Assembly: GCF_006345805.1 (NCBI RefSeq)
Contig: NC_043001.1
Span: forward strand, 127,410,001 to 127,474,000
From: Octopus sinensis
Lineage: Eukaryota
Direction: 5' to 3'
DNA: 64,000 nt
Below the pieces are notes generated by a model that was not told where the DNA came from, did no database searches, and worked only from the letters and a program-made list of their open reading frames with translations. The position numbers were made by a program, and so were the translations under genes. Shown in pieces: positions 38,916-52,814 of this stretch (position 1 is its first letter; each line of letters starts with the position of its first letter).

Positions 38916-39304
38916 TCCTGATATATATTCTTTTATTCTTTTATTTGTTTCAGTCATATTTGGCTTTGCTGGAGCACTGCCTGGATACATACATACATAC
39001 ATACATACATACATACATACATACATACATACATACATACATACACACATACGTGCGTACGTACATATACATGTATGCAAATGTATGTACGCGGGTGAAC
39101 TGCGAAATCTTGTATGCCTTAATTTCAACCTTTCTTATTCATGTTTCGTTCCACTTAAACTGACATCTGACTGTTCAAAGAAGACTTTAAAAGTAACTAG
39201 TAGTGACCTCTTTTGAAAATGGACAAAATTTGGCATCGTAGTGTTATCAAGTACGAGTTTAGCGCCCAAAGATATTATTGCTGACATGGTATTCTCCACG
39301 GTTC

Positions 39305-39721
39305 AAGGCGACGAGCTGGCAGAAACGTTAGCACGCCTGGCGAAATGCTTAGCGGTATTTCGTCTGCCGCTACGTTCTGAGTTCAAATTCCGCCGAGGTC
39401 GACTTTGCCTTTCATCCTTTCGGGGTCGATTAAATAAGTACCAGTTACGCACTGGGGTCGGTATAATCGACTTAATCCGTTTGTCTGTCCTTGTTTGTCC
39501 CCTCTATGTTTAGCCCCTTGTGGGTAGTGAAGAAATAGGTATTTCGTCTGCCGTTGCGTTCTGAGTTCAAATTCCGCCGAGGTCGACTTTGCCTTTCATC
39601 CTTTCGGGGTCGATTAAATAAGTACCAGTTACGCACTGGGGTCGGTATAATCGACTTAATCCGTTTGTCTGTCCTTGTTTGTCCCCTCTATGTTTAGCCC
39701 CTTGTGGGTAGTGAAGAAATA
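39305..39721 (+). mobile_element. SINE A tandem dimer
   Basis: Units start at 39354 and 39538; TSD ggtattct(c/t)cacggt at 39288-39302 and 39722-39736. Confidence 0.92.
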
Positions 39722-40541
39722 GGTATTCTTCACGGTGCTATATCTGTTTTTGCCACTCTAATTTTCAGTCATCTCCAAATAACGGTTATTAACATAGATA
39801 CAGCTGCTAAAACATTGTGAGTAAAATATATTCCATTACTGAGACCTAAAAGAACGTGATGGGCTAACTGTACTGTTAGAACAATTGACAAATACCTTAC
39901 AACATTTGTTCTTCACGTTCTGAGTTCAAATACCGCCAGGGGCAACTTTCATCATTTTGAAGTACCAGTGTTGATTTAATCGACTGATCCCTCAACCACT
40001 AAACCTTATGCCCATGTTAAAAATCATAATATAAACCTTACTAGTTGCCAACTAATTATTTTATCTCGATGAAAGATAATTTTACTCCGGTGGGATTTGA
40101 ACCCAGAATGTAAATGGACGTAATGAATTTCTGCAAGGTATTTTATACGACGCTCTATAGATATTTATCGATCCGCTTACCAATGAGTTCCAAATAATAA
40201 TTTTATATACACACAAGGGTAGAAATTTGGAAAAAAGGTTAGTCGATATATCGAATTCAGTATTTGACTGGCACTTTATTTTATCGACCCTGGATAGAAA
40301 CAAAAATTACTTTGACGGGATTTGAACTCAGAACGTAACTAAATCTTCTGATCCCTCGCCGCTCGTTTCTAAATTTGACACAAAGCTAGAAATTTGGTGG
40401 AGGAGATTAGTTGATTACATCGATTCTAGCACTTCACTGCTACTTTAATTTGTCGACTCTGACAAAATAAAAGATCGAATAGACCCCCAACAGAATTCGA
40501 ACTCGGAGAGTAACTGGACTTCATGAAATATTGCAAGGCAT

Positions 40542-40774
40542 AAGGCGGCGAGCTGGCAGAAACGTTAGCGCGCCAGGCGAAATGCGTAGCCGTATTTCGT
40601 CTGCCGTTACGTTCCGAGTTCAAATTCCGCCGAGGTCGACTTTGCCTTTTATCCTTTCGGGGTCGATAAATTAAGTACCAGTTACGCATTGGGGTCGATA
40701 TAATCGACTTAATCCGTTTGTCTGTCCTTGTTTGTCATCTCTGTGTGTAGCCCCTTGTGGGTAGTAAAGAAATA
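40542..40774 (+). mobile_element. SINE A monomer
   Basis: TSD gaaatattgc(a/g)aggcat at 40525-40541 and 40775-40791. Confidence 0.92.
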
Positions 40775-41269
40775 GAAATATTGCGAGGCATTTTGTACAC
40801 CGCTCAATCGATTTTTATTGTTCTACTTCTCTCTCATATCCAAATAGTGGTAATAATTATGTTTCATAGGCCACTACTCAACAGCAGTTATACTTTATTC
40901 AGACAAGTCTGTATTTCATTGGTAGCAAGTAAATAAGATTACGTCAGACTTTATACTCCTGCTGTGCTATCTGTATTGTTTGCTTAGCTCATGCAGTTCC
41001 CACGCTGTAGACAGCGATGTCGTAATAAATTGTAGTTCAGCAATGAAGTCAACTCAAAGTTAACTCTTCTTAATTACTAACCTGGAACGGAAACAAATAT
41101 AAGCTTTGTTTCCGTTAATTTTTTTAAACACTTTCCAACATTATTACTATTCAATATTATAAATTATTTATTTTACATTCACTAAAAGCGGTGTCCAAAC
41201 AAGGCCGCAATCCAGTAATTGAATCTAGTAGAAGCATAAAAACATTACCGCATGATATTTTGTTAATTA

Positions 41270-41661
41270 CTAGCAGTATCGCCCGGCGTTGCTCGGGTTT
41301 GTAAGGGAAATAACTATATAAGCATTTTTAGAGAGTTATAGCCAAAAAATAGCAAAAACATGCATTAAAAATGGAAAAAAAATTATGGTAAATTTTTTTT
41401 TAAATCGTTGACTCATAGTAGATAGTTTTAGAGAGTTACTTCCCTTGATAGCGAAAAAATGCATTAAAATGGAAAAAAATGATGGTAATTTTTTTTTAAT
41501 CGTAGACTCATCGTAGACGCGCGCTAATACCCAGAAGGGCTCGATATGAATCACGACTATAAGATACCCGCTTTTGGTTAAACTGGACCGCAAAATGTGG
41601 GAGTAGTTAGGAATCTAAGTCGTAGGAGACAGACACACAACTTGACTTTTATATATAAAGA
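41270..41661 (-). mobile_element. Non-autonomous Helitron
   Basis: Same termini and A|T insertion as 20611 and 25879. Confidence 0.9.
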
Positions 41662-41691
41662 TTTCACCAAACTTAGTTGTAAATAGTGTGC

Positions 41692-41750
<59 letters not shown>

Positions 41751-42580
41751 TATAGATATATATATCCATGACTAGGCTTTTGGACATGCGTATTAGTATT
41801 TTATTTTCATATATTCTACGTTTGGAGCCAGTTCTGGTGATACACCACTAGTAGTTTCGCTTAGGAATTTCATGATTTTAGATCGCTAACAAGCATTCGA
41901 TCGTTTTTGTAACTTTCCTTGGGTTTACCTCGTTTAAGTCCTTCTCTACCATCTCTTTCTAAAATGAACTTGTATTCAGCAGTCAGTGTTATTGCTCACG
42001 TATAAGAATCCATTTCAGATCATTGCCTCTTATGTTCATGTGTTGACTCCTAAGCCTTTACAAAGGCAATGACTCTTCTGAACGATTGCCTTCTTCATTC
42101 AGGTCAGAATAGCATGATGGTGTAATATACCTACTATTTCATGATTATGTTAAATGAACTGATAACAATAGTAAAGGGCACCTACCCATTCGCGTTTGTA
42201 GCCGAACTGAAGATCTGATCTTGACATTAGCAGCAGACATAAACTAAGTTTTCTTTTCGACCAGAGTGATGACTCTTGCTCAGAAACATATTTAATATCG
42301 ATAGTAGTATATCTTATCTATTTTAGGCAGCATAGTAACACAAAATAAGAGAGAGAAAATATTTGTCTTCTTTACCTGACGTTAGATATACATGAACTTT
42401 AATCTGTTAAAAATATGCTTAATATTGTGTGTATCAGTGTACATACAGAATCATGCATGTATATTTATATGAATACATATATACATATATATGTACAAAT
42501 ATATGTGTGTATATACATATCTATATGTTTATATATGTATACACACACATACACATATTTATATACACACACACACACAC

Positions 42581-42616
<36 letters not shown>

Positions 42617-42949
42617 ATACATAAATGGGACAAGAACGCAAAACATCCAGACAGACGATACAAAGAAAACAAGGACGAGTCATTCGGAGTTTTCTTTCCT
42701 CAGTCGAGTTCCAGATTATCTTTGCAATTTTGGCTGGTTATACGCGAGATTGCTCCAATCCGGCCAGCCCCAAGGAAAAAACTAAGCTAAGTGCACTAGA
42801 TTCCTTGAAAGAAATCAGCGAATGTATACGAAAACAAGGACTGAGAAATGGTATACAAATACAAATAACAGGACATTAACAACGGGTGTTGAAAGACAGA
42901 CTGAATGAGAGGCATTGATTATTGGGTGGGGGGGTGACTAAAAAATCTC

Positions 42950-43390
42950 AATCTCTACTTTCTCCAACGCCGCCGGGAGCGCTACATCATTTGTGTGATG
43001 TGGAAAATATTCCATCAATATAGCACAAATGATGTTGACATCAATTTTAAAATCCATCCAAGACTTGGTCTCCGTGCTCTCCGCCCACTACAAAAATCGA
43101 ACTCAGTACGCATAGCAACATTACATTACAATTACTTTATCTCAACCGGTTCAGCTCGCTTTAATACCTTACCAAAATACGTCAAAACGGAAACTTATCC
43201 CATAAAATTCAAATGTTCACTGGACAAATTTCTTCAAAAAATCCCGGACCAACCTCCTACACTCAGATATGCCTCCAACAATAATGACTCTTTGCCAGAG
43301 TGGGCCATGGTCCCCATATATGACTAAAAGACTTCATCAGGTGGTGCTATTAATTTAGACATAGCTAGACTGGCCGAAACCTATCAAAGT
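42950..43390 (+). mobile_element. CR1-group LINE 3' end (family of 1-1470)
   Basis: LQRRRERYII..MWKIFHQ...KIHPRLGLRA; shared 3' UTR. Confidence 0.85.
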
Positions 43391-44769
43391 TATGAAAGTT
43401 ATGTATGAATACATATATACATATATATGTAGACTCCGCCTGGAACAGTATTACATTTTCACTCTACGTACTCAAACTCCTTTCGGACTCAACACAACCC
43501 CTTCCTTTCAGTGACTTTCCCCACATTCCTTTTTTGAAAATACATTTGGTTTTATCTCATTTTCATTGTTTTTTTTTTTGTAATTTCATTATTTTAAATT
43601 TTATTTTTTATTAATTTTTTTATTTATTTCTGTTGCTGATTTTTTTCTGTTACTGATTTTTTTTTATTTATGTCAGTTACTGATTTATTCACAATCTTTT
43701 TCATGTATTTTTTATTATTACTAATTTTTTTATTTTTCATCATTTATTCGTATTATCTTTTATTTTTATATTCCTATACCACGCACTACACACACACTCG
43801 CGCGCACACATACACGCACACACGTACACATACACTATACACACACACATCGCGCGTGCACTCACACACGCACTCACACACGCACTCACACACACACGCG
43901 CGCACACACACACACTTTCACACATAATACCCACACCCTTGGCTACACCAACGCACCCACACACACTTCATCTCACCTATCTCTCCCTCTCACGCACACA
44001 CACGCACACGTGCGCGCGCGCACAGGAACACACATATACATCCACACACACAACACACACAAACATGCACTCATATACACACATATACACGCTGTGTACA
44101 CACACTTCCACACACATCCAGACACGCACAACACGTACACATACACACATATATATGTACAAAGAGAGAGAGTGACACACACACGCACCCATACACACAT
44201 TCCCATTCCGACTACGCACACACGCCAACACACATGGCTACACCTACCCGTTCACACACCTGCCGCTGTAGCTGTTGACCTCTCAGAGCGATATTAATAC
44301 ACACAGATCCTACCACACACACACACACAAACTACTCATACAAAACAAACACACACACAGAGTTAATACCACACACACACACTACCAGACAAAAACACAC
44401 ACCACACAAACACACACACCACACAAACACACACACCACACAAACACACACATCACACAAACACACACACCACACAGACATACACGCACGATACCACGCA
44501 TACACACACAGGCTACTCACACAAGCACGCACACTTAGTTAATGCCACATACACACACGCTATCACACAAACACACACACACACGCTACCACGCAAACAT
44601 ACACGCACACACAGTTACTGCCACATACACACATGCCACCATGCATACATACGTTGCGACACTCACACACGCTACCACACACACACACACACACATACCG
44701 ATCATCTTCGCACTCTCCTGTCCGAGAAAGCACTTTCTCTTCCTCCTTCTACTTCCGGTCACTTTAGAA

Positions 44770-44983
44770 ATGTAACCTCACGTCGACTGTTGGCGATTTT
44801 TCTTCCTTCTTCCTTCTTTCCCTTTGGACTTTCCTACTTTTCCTGTTTCCCACGAAGAGCTACGCTCGAAGCGTAAAACAACTCTCTTTTTCCCCCGAGC
44901 GTCATTTTAATAGATTGCTTGCGCTACATCATGGCGTTTATTTGGTTCTTCCTTTTCTTTTTGCTTCTGTTTTTTTAATTGAC

Positions 44984-44985
<2 letters not shown>
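44770..44985 (+). mobile_element. Short PLE pLTR-like element, degenerate hammerhead
   Basis: GTTT-CCCACGA-A-GAGC-tac-GCTC-GAAGC-GTA-AAAC (44845-44879). Confidence 0.5.
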
Positions 44986-45016
<31 letters not shown>

Positions 45017-45020
45017 GTGC

Positions 45021-45326
45021 GGAGGCGCAATGGCCTAGTGGTTAGAGCAGCGGACTCGCGGTCGTAGGATCGCGGTTTCGATTCCCAGACCAGGCGTTGT
45101 GAGTGTTTATTGAGCTAAAACACCTAAAAGCTCCACGAAGCTCCGGCAGGGGGTGGTGGTCCCTGCTGTACTCTTTCGCCACAACTTTCTCCCACTCTTT
45201 CTTCTGCTGGCCTGCTCGCTTAGCCAGCGGGGTGGCGTCATTCGAAGGCTAAAACAATGCGAACGCATTGTGACCAGCGATGAGTAACTACATCTGATGG
45301 ACTGGTCGGTCACATGATCACGTGAT
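45021..45326 (+). mobile_element. SINE head C plus tail T2
   Basis: Family C head, then gctggcctgctcgcttagccagcggggtggcg...cacgtgat. Confidence 0.88.
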
Positions 45327-45589
45327 ATATATTGCTATTTTTTAAATTTGTATATATATTTTTTATTACGAATGCAAAACAACACCACAGAGGAATCGAC
45401 GTAAGCTTGAATAATTAACCGCGATAGGTGAACCGCAATATGGCGAGGGATTACTGTATATGCGTGTGTGAGTGTGTGTGTGTGTGTAAGTATATATTTG
45501 TACTTATATGTGTGTGTTTGTGTATACATATATATACACACGCGCGCGCACATGCACACGCACACACATATGTATAAATATACATATAT

Positions 45590-46703
45590 AGGGGTTGGAC
45601 AAATTAATAGAAATACCTTAAAATTTCAAACAAATTTATTTTAATATCGGGTAGGACCGTCTTTGGCAATAATTACAACTTGAATTCTATGAGGTATGGA
45701 CTTGTACAAAGTTTGAATTGTTTCCAAAGGAATTTTTGGCCATTCTTCAGCTAAAACAGTCTCCAATTCCTGTAGTGATGATGGTGAAGGATATCGACTT
45801 CTTATTTATTTTTCTATAATGCACCATGAATATTCAATAATATTGAGATCTGGGGACTGTGGTGGCCAGATAAGATGTTCAACTTCACTAGAATGTTCCT
45901 TGTGCTATTCAGTAACACCTTTAGACGTGTGAATTGGTGCGTTATCATCCTGAAAGATTACGCTTCCATCTGGAAACAGTTCCGCAACCATTGGATGAAT
46001 TTGATCAGATAAAATGCTTAAATAGTCTTGACTATTAATTCTTCTATGAAGGGAAACCATTGGTACGGCGGATTTCCAAGATATAGCACCCCCACATCAT
46101 CACAGATCTTCCATGTTTAACAGTTGGAGGGAGGCAGTCTGGGTCAAATGCTTCTTTTGGGTGTCTCCACACGTATACTCGGCCAGTAGTTGGAAATAAA
46201 GTAACGGTTGACTCGTCCTGGAAAATAACATTCTTCCACTGCTCTAGGGACCAATTCCGTAGGTTTTTACTCCACTCTAAACGTTTTGCAACGTTTGTTT
46301 TTGAAAGTAGTGGTTTTCTGATTGCAGTCCTCCCATGAAATCCGGCTTTGTGCAGCTCCCGGCGAACAGTTTTCCTTCTTTCTCAAATGCTGTCATTACT
46401 TTCGAGACAGTACTTCTTGATACACTAAACATTTAGGCTGTTTTCGTTAGGCTTGTGCCTGCCATACGAGTACCAACAATTTGACCTCTTTGAAAGTTCG
46501 ATAGATCTGTCATTTTAATGAATTTTAATTACCTTTTTCCTGGTGATATCTGAAAAGAAACAGCAATTTTAGCAAAACATATTAAGCAACACTAATAATA
46601 AATCAAAAAACATAAAAATAAACAAATTTTTGACTGTTTCATAGATATTTCAAAATTATGACGCTATGATGCTAGGTGTTTGCATCATTTTATCCAACCC
46701 CTG
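45590..46703 (-). mobile_element. Tc1 transposon with both TIRs; decayed DD34E transposase at 45641-46513
   Basis: TIRs ggggttggacaaattaatagaaatacct and the reverse complement of aggtgtttgcatcattttatccaacccc. Motifs MTDLSNFQRGQIVG, QDES, FQDDNAPIH and WPPQSPDLNIIE; stops and a deletion. Confidence 0.92.
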
Positions 46704-46711
46704 TGTGTGTG

Positions 46712-46753
<42 letters not shown>

Positions 46754-47622
46754 CTTCGTAGTTAGATACAGTAGTGTCTATAGCAAGTCGCCTTAGTCTC
46801 TAATAATAATGACCTTAATAAGAGTGGCTAATCAGCGTGCCCCGTCCCATTCATCCATTTATGACACATAATTATATCGCCATTGTTGACATGCGTGTTT
46901 GGAAAAACAAAAAGTCCGCTGCCGGCATAATTAATAACTGCATATCAGCTTTACCTACTGACGGACTGATTGACATAGATACATACATCCATATATCCAT
47001 CCAACCATTCTTCCACCCATCCATACATACATACATACATACATACATACATACAAAATTTTCGAGGCATAGTGCCTAGAGTAGAAATTATTGTTTTCTT
47101 CTGTCTTTACGTTCTGAGTTCAAATTCCGCCGAAGTCGACTTTGCCTTTCATCCTTTCGAGGTCTATAAATCAAATACCAGTTGCCTACTGGGCTCGGTC
47201 TAATCGACTGGCCCCCTTCCCAAAACTTTCAGGCCTTGTGCCTAGTGTCCTTTGTGTCCTTTGACTGAAATTTTTCGTCCCGCATCCGGTGACTTCTTCA
47301 GCGAATCTCCATCCTACGAGTTTCCTCCTGTCCTGTTTAGTCCAATCCCTACATGTACTAAATATAAAAATATCTATTCCAACATACGATTTCACTCCAC
47401 AAATCTAGCAAAACAAATACATAAACATAGTGTGTGTCTCTGTCTGTCTGTCTGTCTGTGCGTGCGTGTGTGTAGTATGTGTGTGTGTGTGTATTACGTC
47501 GGTGCAGTTAAAATCCAACTTGTGTCCTCTTGAAGCACGTTTGCTTATTCCAGTATTCCAAAAGCCTCTGAATGAATTTTGCAATGTATGCTTTAAGTCG
47601 TGCAGCTAAATATACGAGAGGA

Positions 47623-47848
47623 TACTCTTACTCTTTTTACTCTTTTTACATGTTTCAGTCATTTAACTGCGGCCATGCTGGAGCACCGCCTTTAGTCGAG
47701 CAAATCGACCCCGGGACTTATTCTTTGTAAACCCAGTACTTATTCTATCGGTCTCTTTTTGCCGAACCGCTAAGTGACGGGGACGTAAACACACCAGCAT
47801 CGGTTGTCAAGCAATGCTAGGGGGACAAACACAGACACACAAACACAT

Positions 47849-47906
<58 letters not shown>

Positions 47907-48069
47907 GACAGGCTTCTTTCAGTTTCCGTCTACCAAATCCACTCACAAGGCATTGGTCGGCCCGGGGCTATAGCAGAAGACACTTGCCCAAGATGCCACG
48001 CAGTGGGACTGAACCCGGAACCATGTGGTTGGTTAGCAAGCTACTTACCACATAGCCACTCCTGCGCCT
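47623..48069 (-). mobile_element. SINE B with internal (TA)n
   Basis: Full head, body and tail. Confidence 0.92.
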
Positions 48070-48425
48070 ATTGTATAAATCCTAATGAAGGAACCTTATA
48101 ATAATTCTTATCATCTGGAAATGCGCTGATATATTTATCCCGTATGAAAGCCTTGAAACCTCATCTAACATACCTTTACCTATGTAAATATTTGTATACC
48201 TACATGAAGAAAGCATTAAGTGTAATTAGAAATAAATCTCCATCTGGGAAAACGTTGAGTAGTGACATGTGTCATTTTCTAGGAAATATTTGAACCCGGC
48301 CCGACAGATTATTCGTCATCTCAGCAACACAACTTCTACGGGTATGATTATGTGATTAGGAAATTTCCTTCGTAAACACGTGGAATAGGAGAATAAGTCC
48401 CACTGCGTGGTATCTTTGGCAATCG

Positions 48426-48842
48426 AAGGCGGCGAGCTGGCAGAAACGTTAGCACGCCGGGCGAAATGCTTAGCGGTATTTCGTCTGCCGCTACGTTCTG
48501 AGTTTAAATTCCGCCGAGGTCGACTTTGCCTTTCATCCTTTCGGGGTCGATTAAATAAGTACCAGTTACGCACTGGAGTCGGTATAATCGACTTAATCCG
48601 TTTGTCTGTCCTTGTTTGTCTTCTCTGTGTTTAGCCCCTTGTGGGTAGTAAAGAAATAGGTATTTCGCCTGTCGCTACGTTGTGAGTTCAAATTCCGCCG
48701 AGGTTGACTTTGCCTTCCATCCTTTCGGGGTTGATTAATTAAGTACCAGTTACGCACTGGGGTCGATGTAATCGACTTAATACCTATGTCTGTCCTTGTT
48801 TGTCCCCTCTATGTTTAGCCCCTTGTGGGTAGTAAAGAAATA
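48426..48842 (+). mobile_element. SINE A tandem dimer
   Basis: Units start at 48475 and 48659; perfect 17-bp TSD ggtatctttggcaatcg at 48409-48425 and 48843-48859. Confidence 0.93.
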
Positions 48843-48994
48843 GGTATCTTTGGCAATCGTACACTTCTACTGCCCCGATCCGCTCAGTGTCTTGTGATTG
48901 AATTCGGCGGCTAGAAATTTTGTGGAAACCCGTTGTGAAAGTAAGATTACATATAGATTACTACTCCACTACGGTCTTCGTCATTAGCAACAAC

Positions 48995-49370
<376 letters not shown>

Positions 49371-49624
49371 CTGTTGTTCTTGTTCTCTTTGTTCTTGTTG
49401 GCTGTATGGAATTTTAATGTACAAAACTTTTGCAAACGATTTTAATCCCAGTTATTTAAGTTAAATATTTGCGTACGTGTGAAGTTACAGCATCAGTAAA
49501 TCTCAGCGTAATTTCCCTCTGCGGACATATCTATCTGTTTCCTATTTTCCACTCTATTTCCCCTACCTTCTCTCTTTCTCTCTTTCTCTCTCTCCTATTT
49601 GTATGCATACATACACACACACGC

Positions 49625-49661
<37 letters not shown>

Positions 49662-49706
49662 AATGAAAGAATGGAGCTGAACGACGATTTAACAAAATTC
49701 CTTTAA

Positions 49707-49787
49707 TCTCGACATATGTTTCGAAGACTGCATATTCCTAATTCCGAAGGAATAAAGGGTGCATTATGCCGCCTTCTCATCAGGAAA
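49707..49787 (-). ncRNA. Type I hammerhead ribozyme (antisense arm copy)
   Basis: Reverse complement of 49927-50007 with the core intact. Confidence 0.8.
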
Positions 49788-49926
49788 GACAAGGAACTTA
49801 TGTCAGCATCATGACGAACAAAAACTTATCACTATCACTACGGACTTATCCATTATCACTATGGACTCCGCGTGGGCAGTCATCTAAAAGTTTTGTTCGT
49901 CATGATGCTGACATAAGTTCCTTGTC

Positions 49927-50007
49927 TTTCCTGATGAGAAGGCGGCATAATGCACTCTTTATTCCTTCGGAATTAGGAATATGCAGTCTTCGAAACATAT
50001 GTCGAGA
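49927..50007 (+). ncRNA. Type I hammerhead ribozyme, canonical core
   Basis: CTGATGA 49931-37; stem II GAAG/CTTC with a long insert; GAAAC 49992-96; palindromic stem III ACATATGT; GTC cleavage triplet ending at 50003; short stem I TTTC/GAGA. Confidence 0.85.
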
Positions 50008-50204
50008 TTAAAGGAATTTTGTTAAATCGTCGTTCAACTCCATTCTTTCATTTATTTACAGTAAAAAAAACACACAAATTTCCACACAAAAGCACGTGAT
50101 CTCTGGCCTTGGCATGTAGCTTCAACCGTGTTTTCTGACGTGAATTTGCTACCCGGTTATCGGTTAACCGAATTATCCATACTAGGATAATTCATTCAAC
50201 TACT

Positions 50205-50253
<49 letters not shown>

Positions 50254-50481
50254 TATAATACATTATAATATAATATATATTATATTATATATATTATATA
50301 ATATAGAGAGAGAGAGAGAGAGAGAGGGAGGGAGAGAGGGAGAGAGAGAGAGACACAGACAGACAGACAGACAGAGGAAATTCATACATACATTTGTACA
50401 CACATGTATACGTACAGATTCTTATTTGCTGTCTTTCAATTTGTCTATCCTATTCCCTCTCTTTCTCTTTCTCCCTCTCCC

Positions 50482-50513
<32 letters not shown>

Positions 50514-50904
50514 TTCTATCTATCTATCTATCAATCTAACCGAGTATTTATTTATCATCTTTTCTGCAAACAATAAATTTAAACAAATAAACCCCAATCA
50601 TATATCGATCGCCGATAAGCAAGGAGTCGCAGCTGGCTCGCGACATAGGAGGCTATCAAGCTACAGGCAGTTCTCCTTGACAAGGATACTTTACACACCC
50701 AATGATTAGAATCCAGCAAGCTGTATACACCATGGGAGAAGCTAGCAATCTGTTGCTGTTGTGTATTCATGTCCAGGTCAGCTCTGATAGACCAATTCTA
50801 GAGCATGAAGGTAATTGATCGAACGGCTATTTGTGATAAACATATCTATTGTTCGAGGTTTACTACGCTCTTTCCTGGATGAAAACATTTGCACATTCCG
50901 ACAT

Positions 50905-51325
50905 GTTAGTTAGTTAGTTAATTTGGCTCAAAAGCAAATAGCAAGGCCATGTAGGGGGACATGGAGTTAAGTACAGGGTGGTGTTCATGTAAAGAGTTCA
51001 GGCCACTTGAGGTCAAGGGAGGCTTTGAACAAAGCGGTCGTCGACATCTTCACCATCTCGTCTGGCAGCTCGTTCCACGGATCCGTAACCCGGACGGAGA
51101 AAGCTCCTCTCCTTCGATTGAGATGAAATCGTCGCAGGTAGAGCTTTTCGGAGTGACCCCCGCAGCCGACGCTCTGGAGCAGGAGTGAAGAACAGCTCTT
51201 TCGAGAGGTTACACTTTCCGCTTATGATGTTGTGGGCGAGAATGAGATCACCACGGCGGCGGCGTTTTTCTAGAGAATAAAGGTCGAGCGTCCTCAGCCT
51301 TTCTTCATAGGACAAATTTTTTTAG
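50905..51325 (-). mobile_element. CR1-clade LINE 3' end with (TAAC)n tail
   Basis: SYEERLRTLDLYSLEKRRRRGDLI...FSVRV...WNELP. Confidence 0.88.
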
Positions 51326-51372
51326 ACATGTGCAGAGATGAACGTTATGGTGTGCAGCGTGGCTCTCTAGAT

Positions 51373-51675
51373 CAGTCGTTTTCAACCATATTTTTATCTA
51401 TGGACCCCTTTAGTTACTATTTTACTTTAGTGGAACCCCATAGCCTCCCGATGTTTAAAAGCTAGTTTTATAGATATTTCGTTCAAAATTCCTATTTTGT
51501 TTTTCGAACATCAACTTATGTAGGTCGAACTATGTAAAACATTAGAGAAAGAAACCTAGTTATTTCTTCCAATAAATACATCTAAATCAAATTTTTTTCA
51601 AGGACCCTTAATATACTATTGTGTGTACTCAATTTACTATTTTGCTTGCATGGACCCCCCAGTTGGAAACCACTG
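51373..51675 (-). mobile_element. hAT MITE (family of 18436)
   Basis: TIRs cagtcgttttcaacc and agttggaaaccactg; TSD ctctagat/ctctaggc. Confidence 0.8.
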
Positions 51676-51699
51676 CTCTAGGCGTATATTCTCTCCATA

Positions 51700-52098
51700 G
51701 GCACGGGCATGGTTAAGAAGTTCGCTTTGCAATCACATCGTTTTGGATTCAATTCCTACTGCATAACACTTTGGGCAAGTGTCTTCTACTATAGCGCCGG
51801 GTTGACCACTGCCTTGCGAGAGAATTTGGTCGGCGGAATCTGTTTCAAAGCCGTTATAAATATGTATATATACATGTGTGTGTGTGCGCGCATGCGTGTA
51901 TGTGTGTGTGTGTGTGTCTTTGCGCTTGTTTTTTAACCAACCACCACCACAACTGACTGACAACCGGTGCTAGTTTGTTTACGTCCCTGTAAGTTAGCTT
52001 TTAAAAGACTCGGGTTGATTTGTTTTGACTAATAACCCTTCAAGGCGGTGCGCCGGCATGGCCGCAGCCCCATGAATGAAATAAGTAAAAGATAAAAG
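51700..52098 (+). mobile_element. SINE B, diverged
   Basis: Head, TA/TG tract and tail ggcggtgcgccggcatggccgcag. Confidence 0.75.
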
Positions 52099-52109
52099 AT
52101 CATCCTTCC

Positions 52110-52430
52110 TATTCCTGTACTGGCGCAGCAGCAGAAGAAACTCCGGATCGAAATCGTTCAAGACATGCTGGACTGTGCAAACGACGACCCAGATTTCATG
52201 AAGACCATCATCACGGATGAAAAGATATTGATTTATTGTCTCTTCGATGCATTCGGTTATCTTGCGTGAAACCCTAAATCTGACGATCGCGCACTACACA
52301 TATGTACTCTAGGCGTAAAAGCTGCAAGCTGACGCAGCCTACCGGCGCGAAAATTTTCCCGCATACGAAAGTAGGTGGCTTCATCTCCCATCCAAAGTAT
52401 TATTTTGCCCACGTGACATTAGTTTTGGCG
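52110..52430 (+). mobile_element. mariner fragment
   Basis: QQKKLRIEIVQDMLDCANDDPDFMKTIITDE, similar to the mariner IITGDE region. Confidence 0.6.
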
Positions 52431-52474
52431 GGAAAATATAAAGTCGGAGAGATGTTGAACATATATATATATGT

Positions 52475-52780
52475 GAGGCGCAATGGCCCAGTGGTTAGGG
52501 CAGCGGACTCACGGTCGGAGGTTTCGATTCCCAGACCGGGCGTTGTGTGTGTTTATTGAGCGAAAACACCTAAAGCTCCACGAGGCTCCGGCAGGGCGGG
52601 GTGGCGACCCCTGTTGTACTCTTTCGCCCTAACTTTCTCTCACTCTTTCGTCTTGTTTCTTGAGTAACGCTGCGATGGACTGGCGCCCCGTCCAGCTGTG
52701 GGGGGAGGACACATACGCCACAGAAACCGGGAAACCGGGCCCACGAGTCTGGCTAGGCTTGAAAAGGGTGCATAAATAAA

Positions 52781-52783
<3 letters not shown>
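52475..52783 (+). mobile_element. SINE head C plus tail T3
   Basis: Family C head, then gctgcgatggactggcgccccgtccagctg...gaaaccgggaaaccgggccc. Confidence 0.85.

Positions 52784-52814
<31 letters not shown>

Larger units (their letters stand above)
49660..50205 (+). mobile_element. Fold-back PLE-type element: 167-bp inverted arms plus 3' extension
   Basis: Arms 49660-49827 and 49888-50054 (about 3 differences), a 60-nt spacer, and an extension shared with 8640-8776; (TA)n flanks. Confidence 0.88.

Noticed and set aside
43330-43385. ttcatcag plus ggccgaaac at the CR1 3' end
   Set aside because: The two half-motifs are on opposite strands and cannot form one ribozyme.
50777-50810. 34-nt plus-strand micro-exon (ag|GTCAGC...GAAG|gtaatt)
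   Set aside because: Splice-like dinucleotides alone are common by chance; no supporting neighbouring exons.
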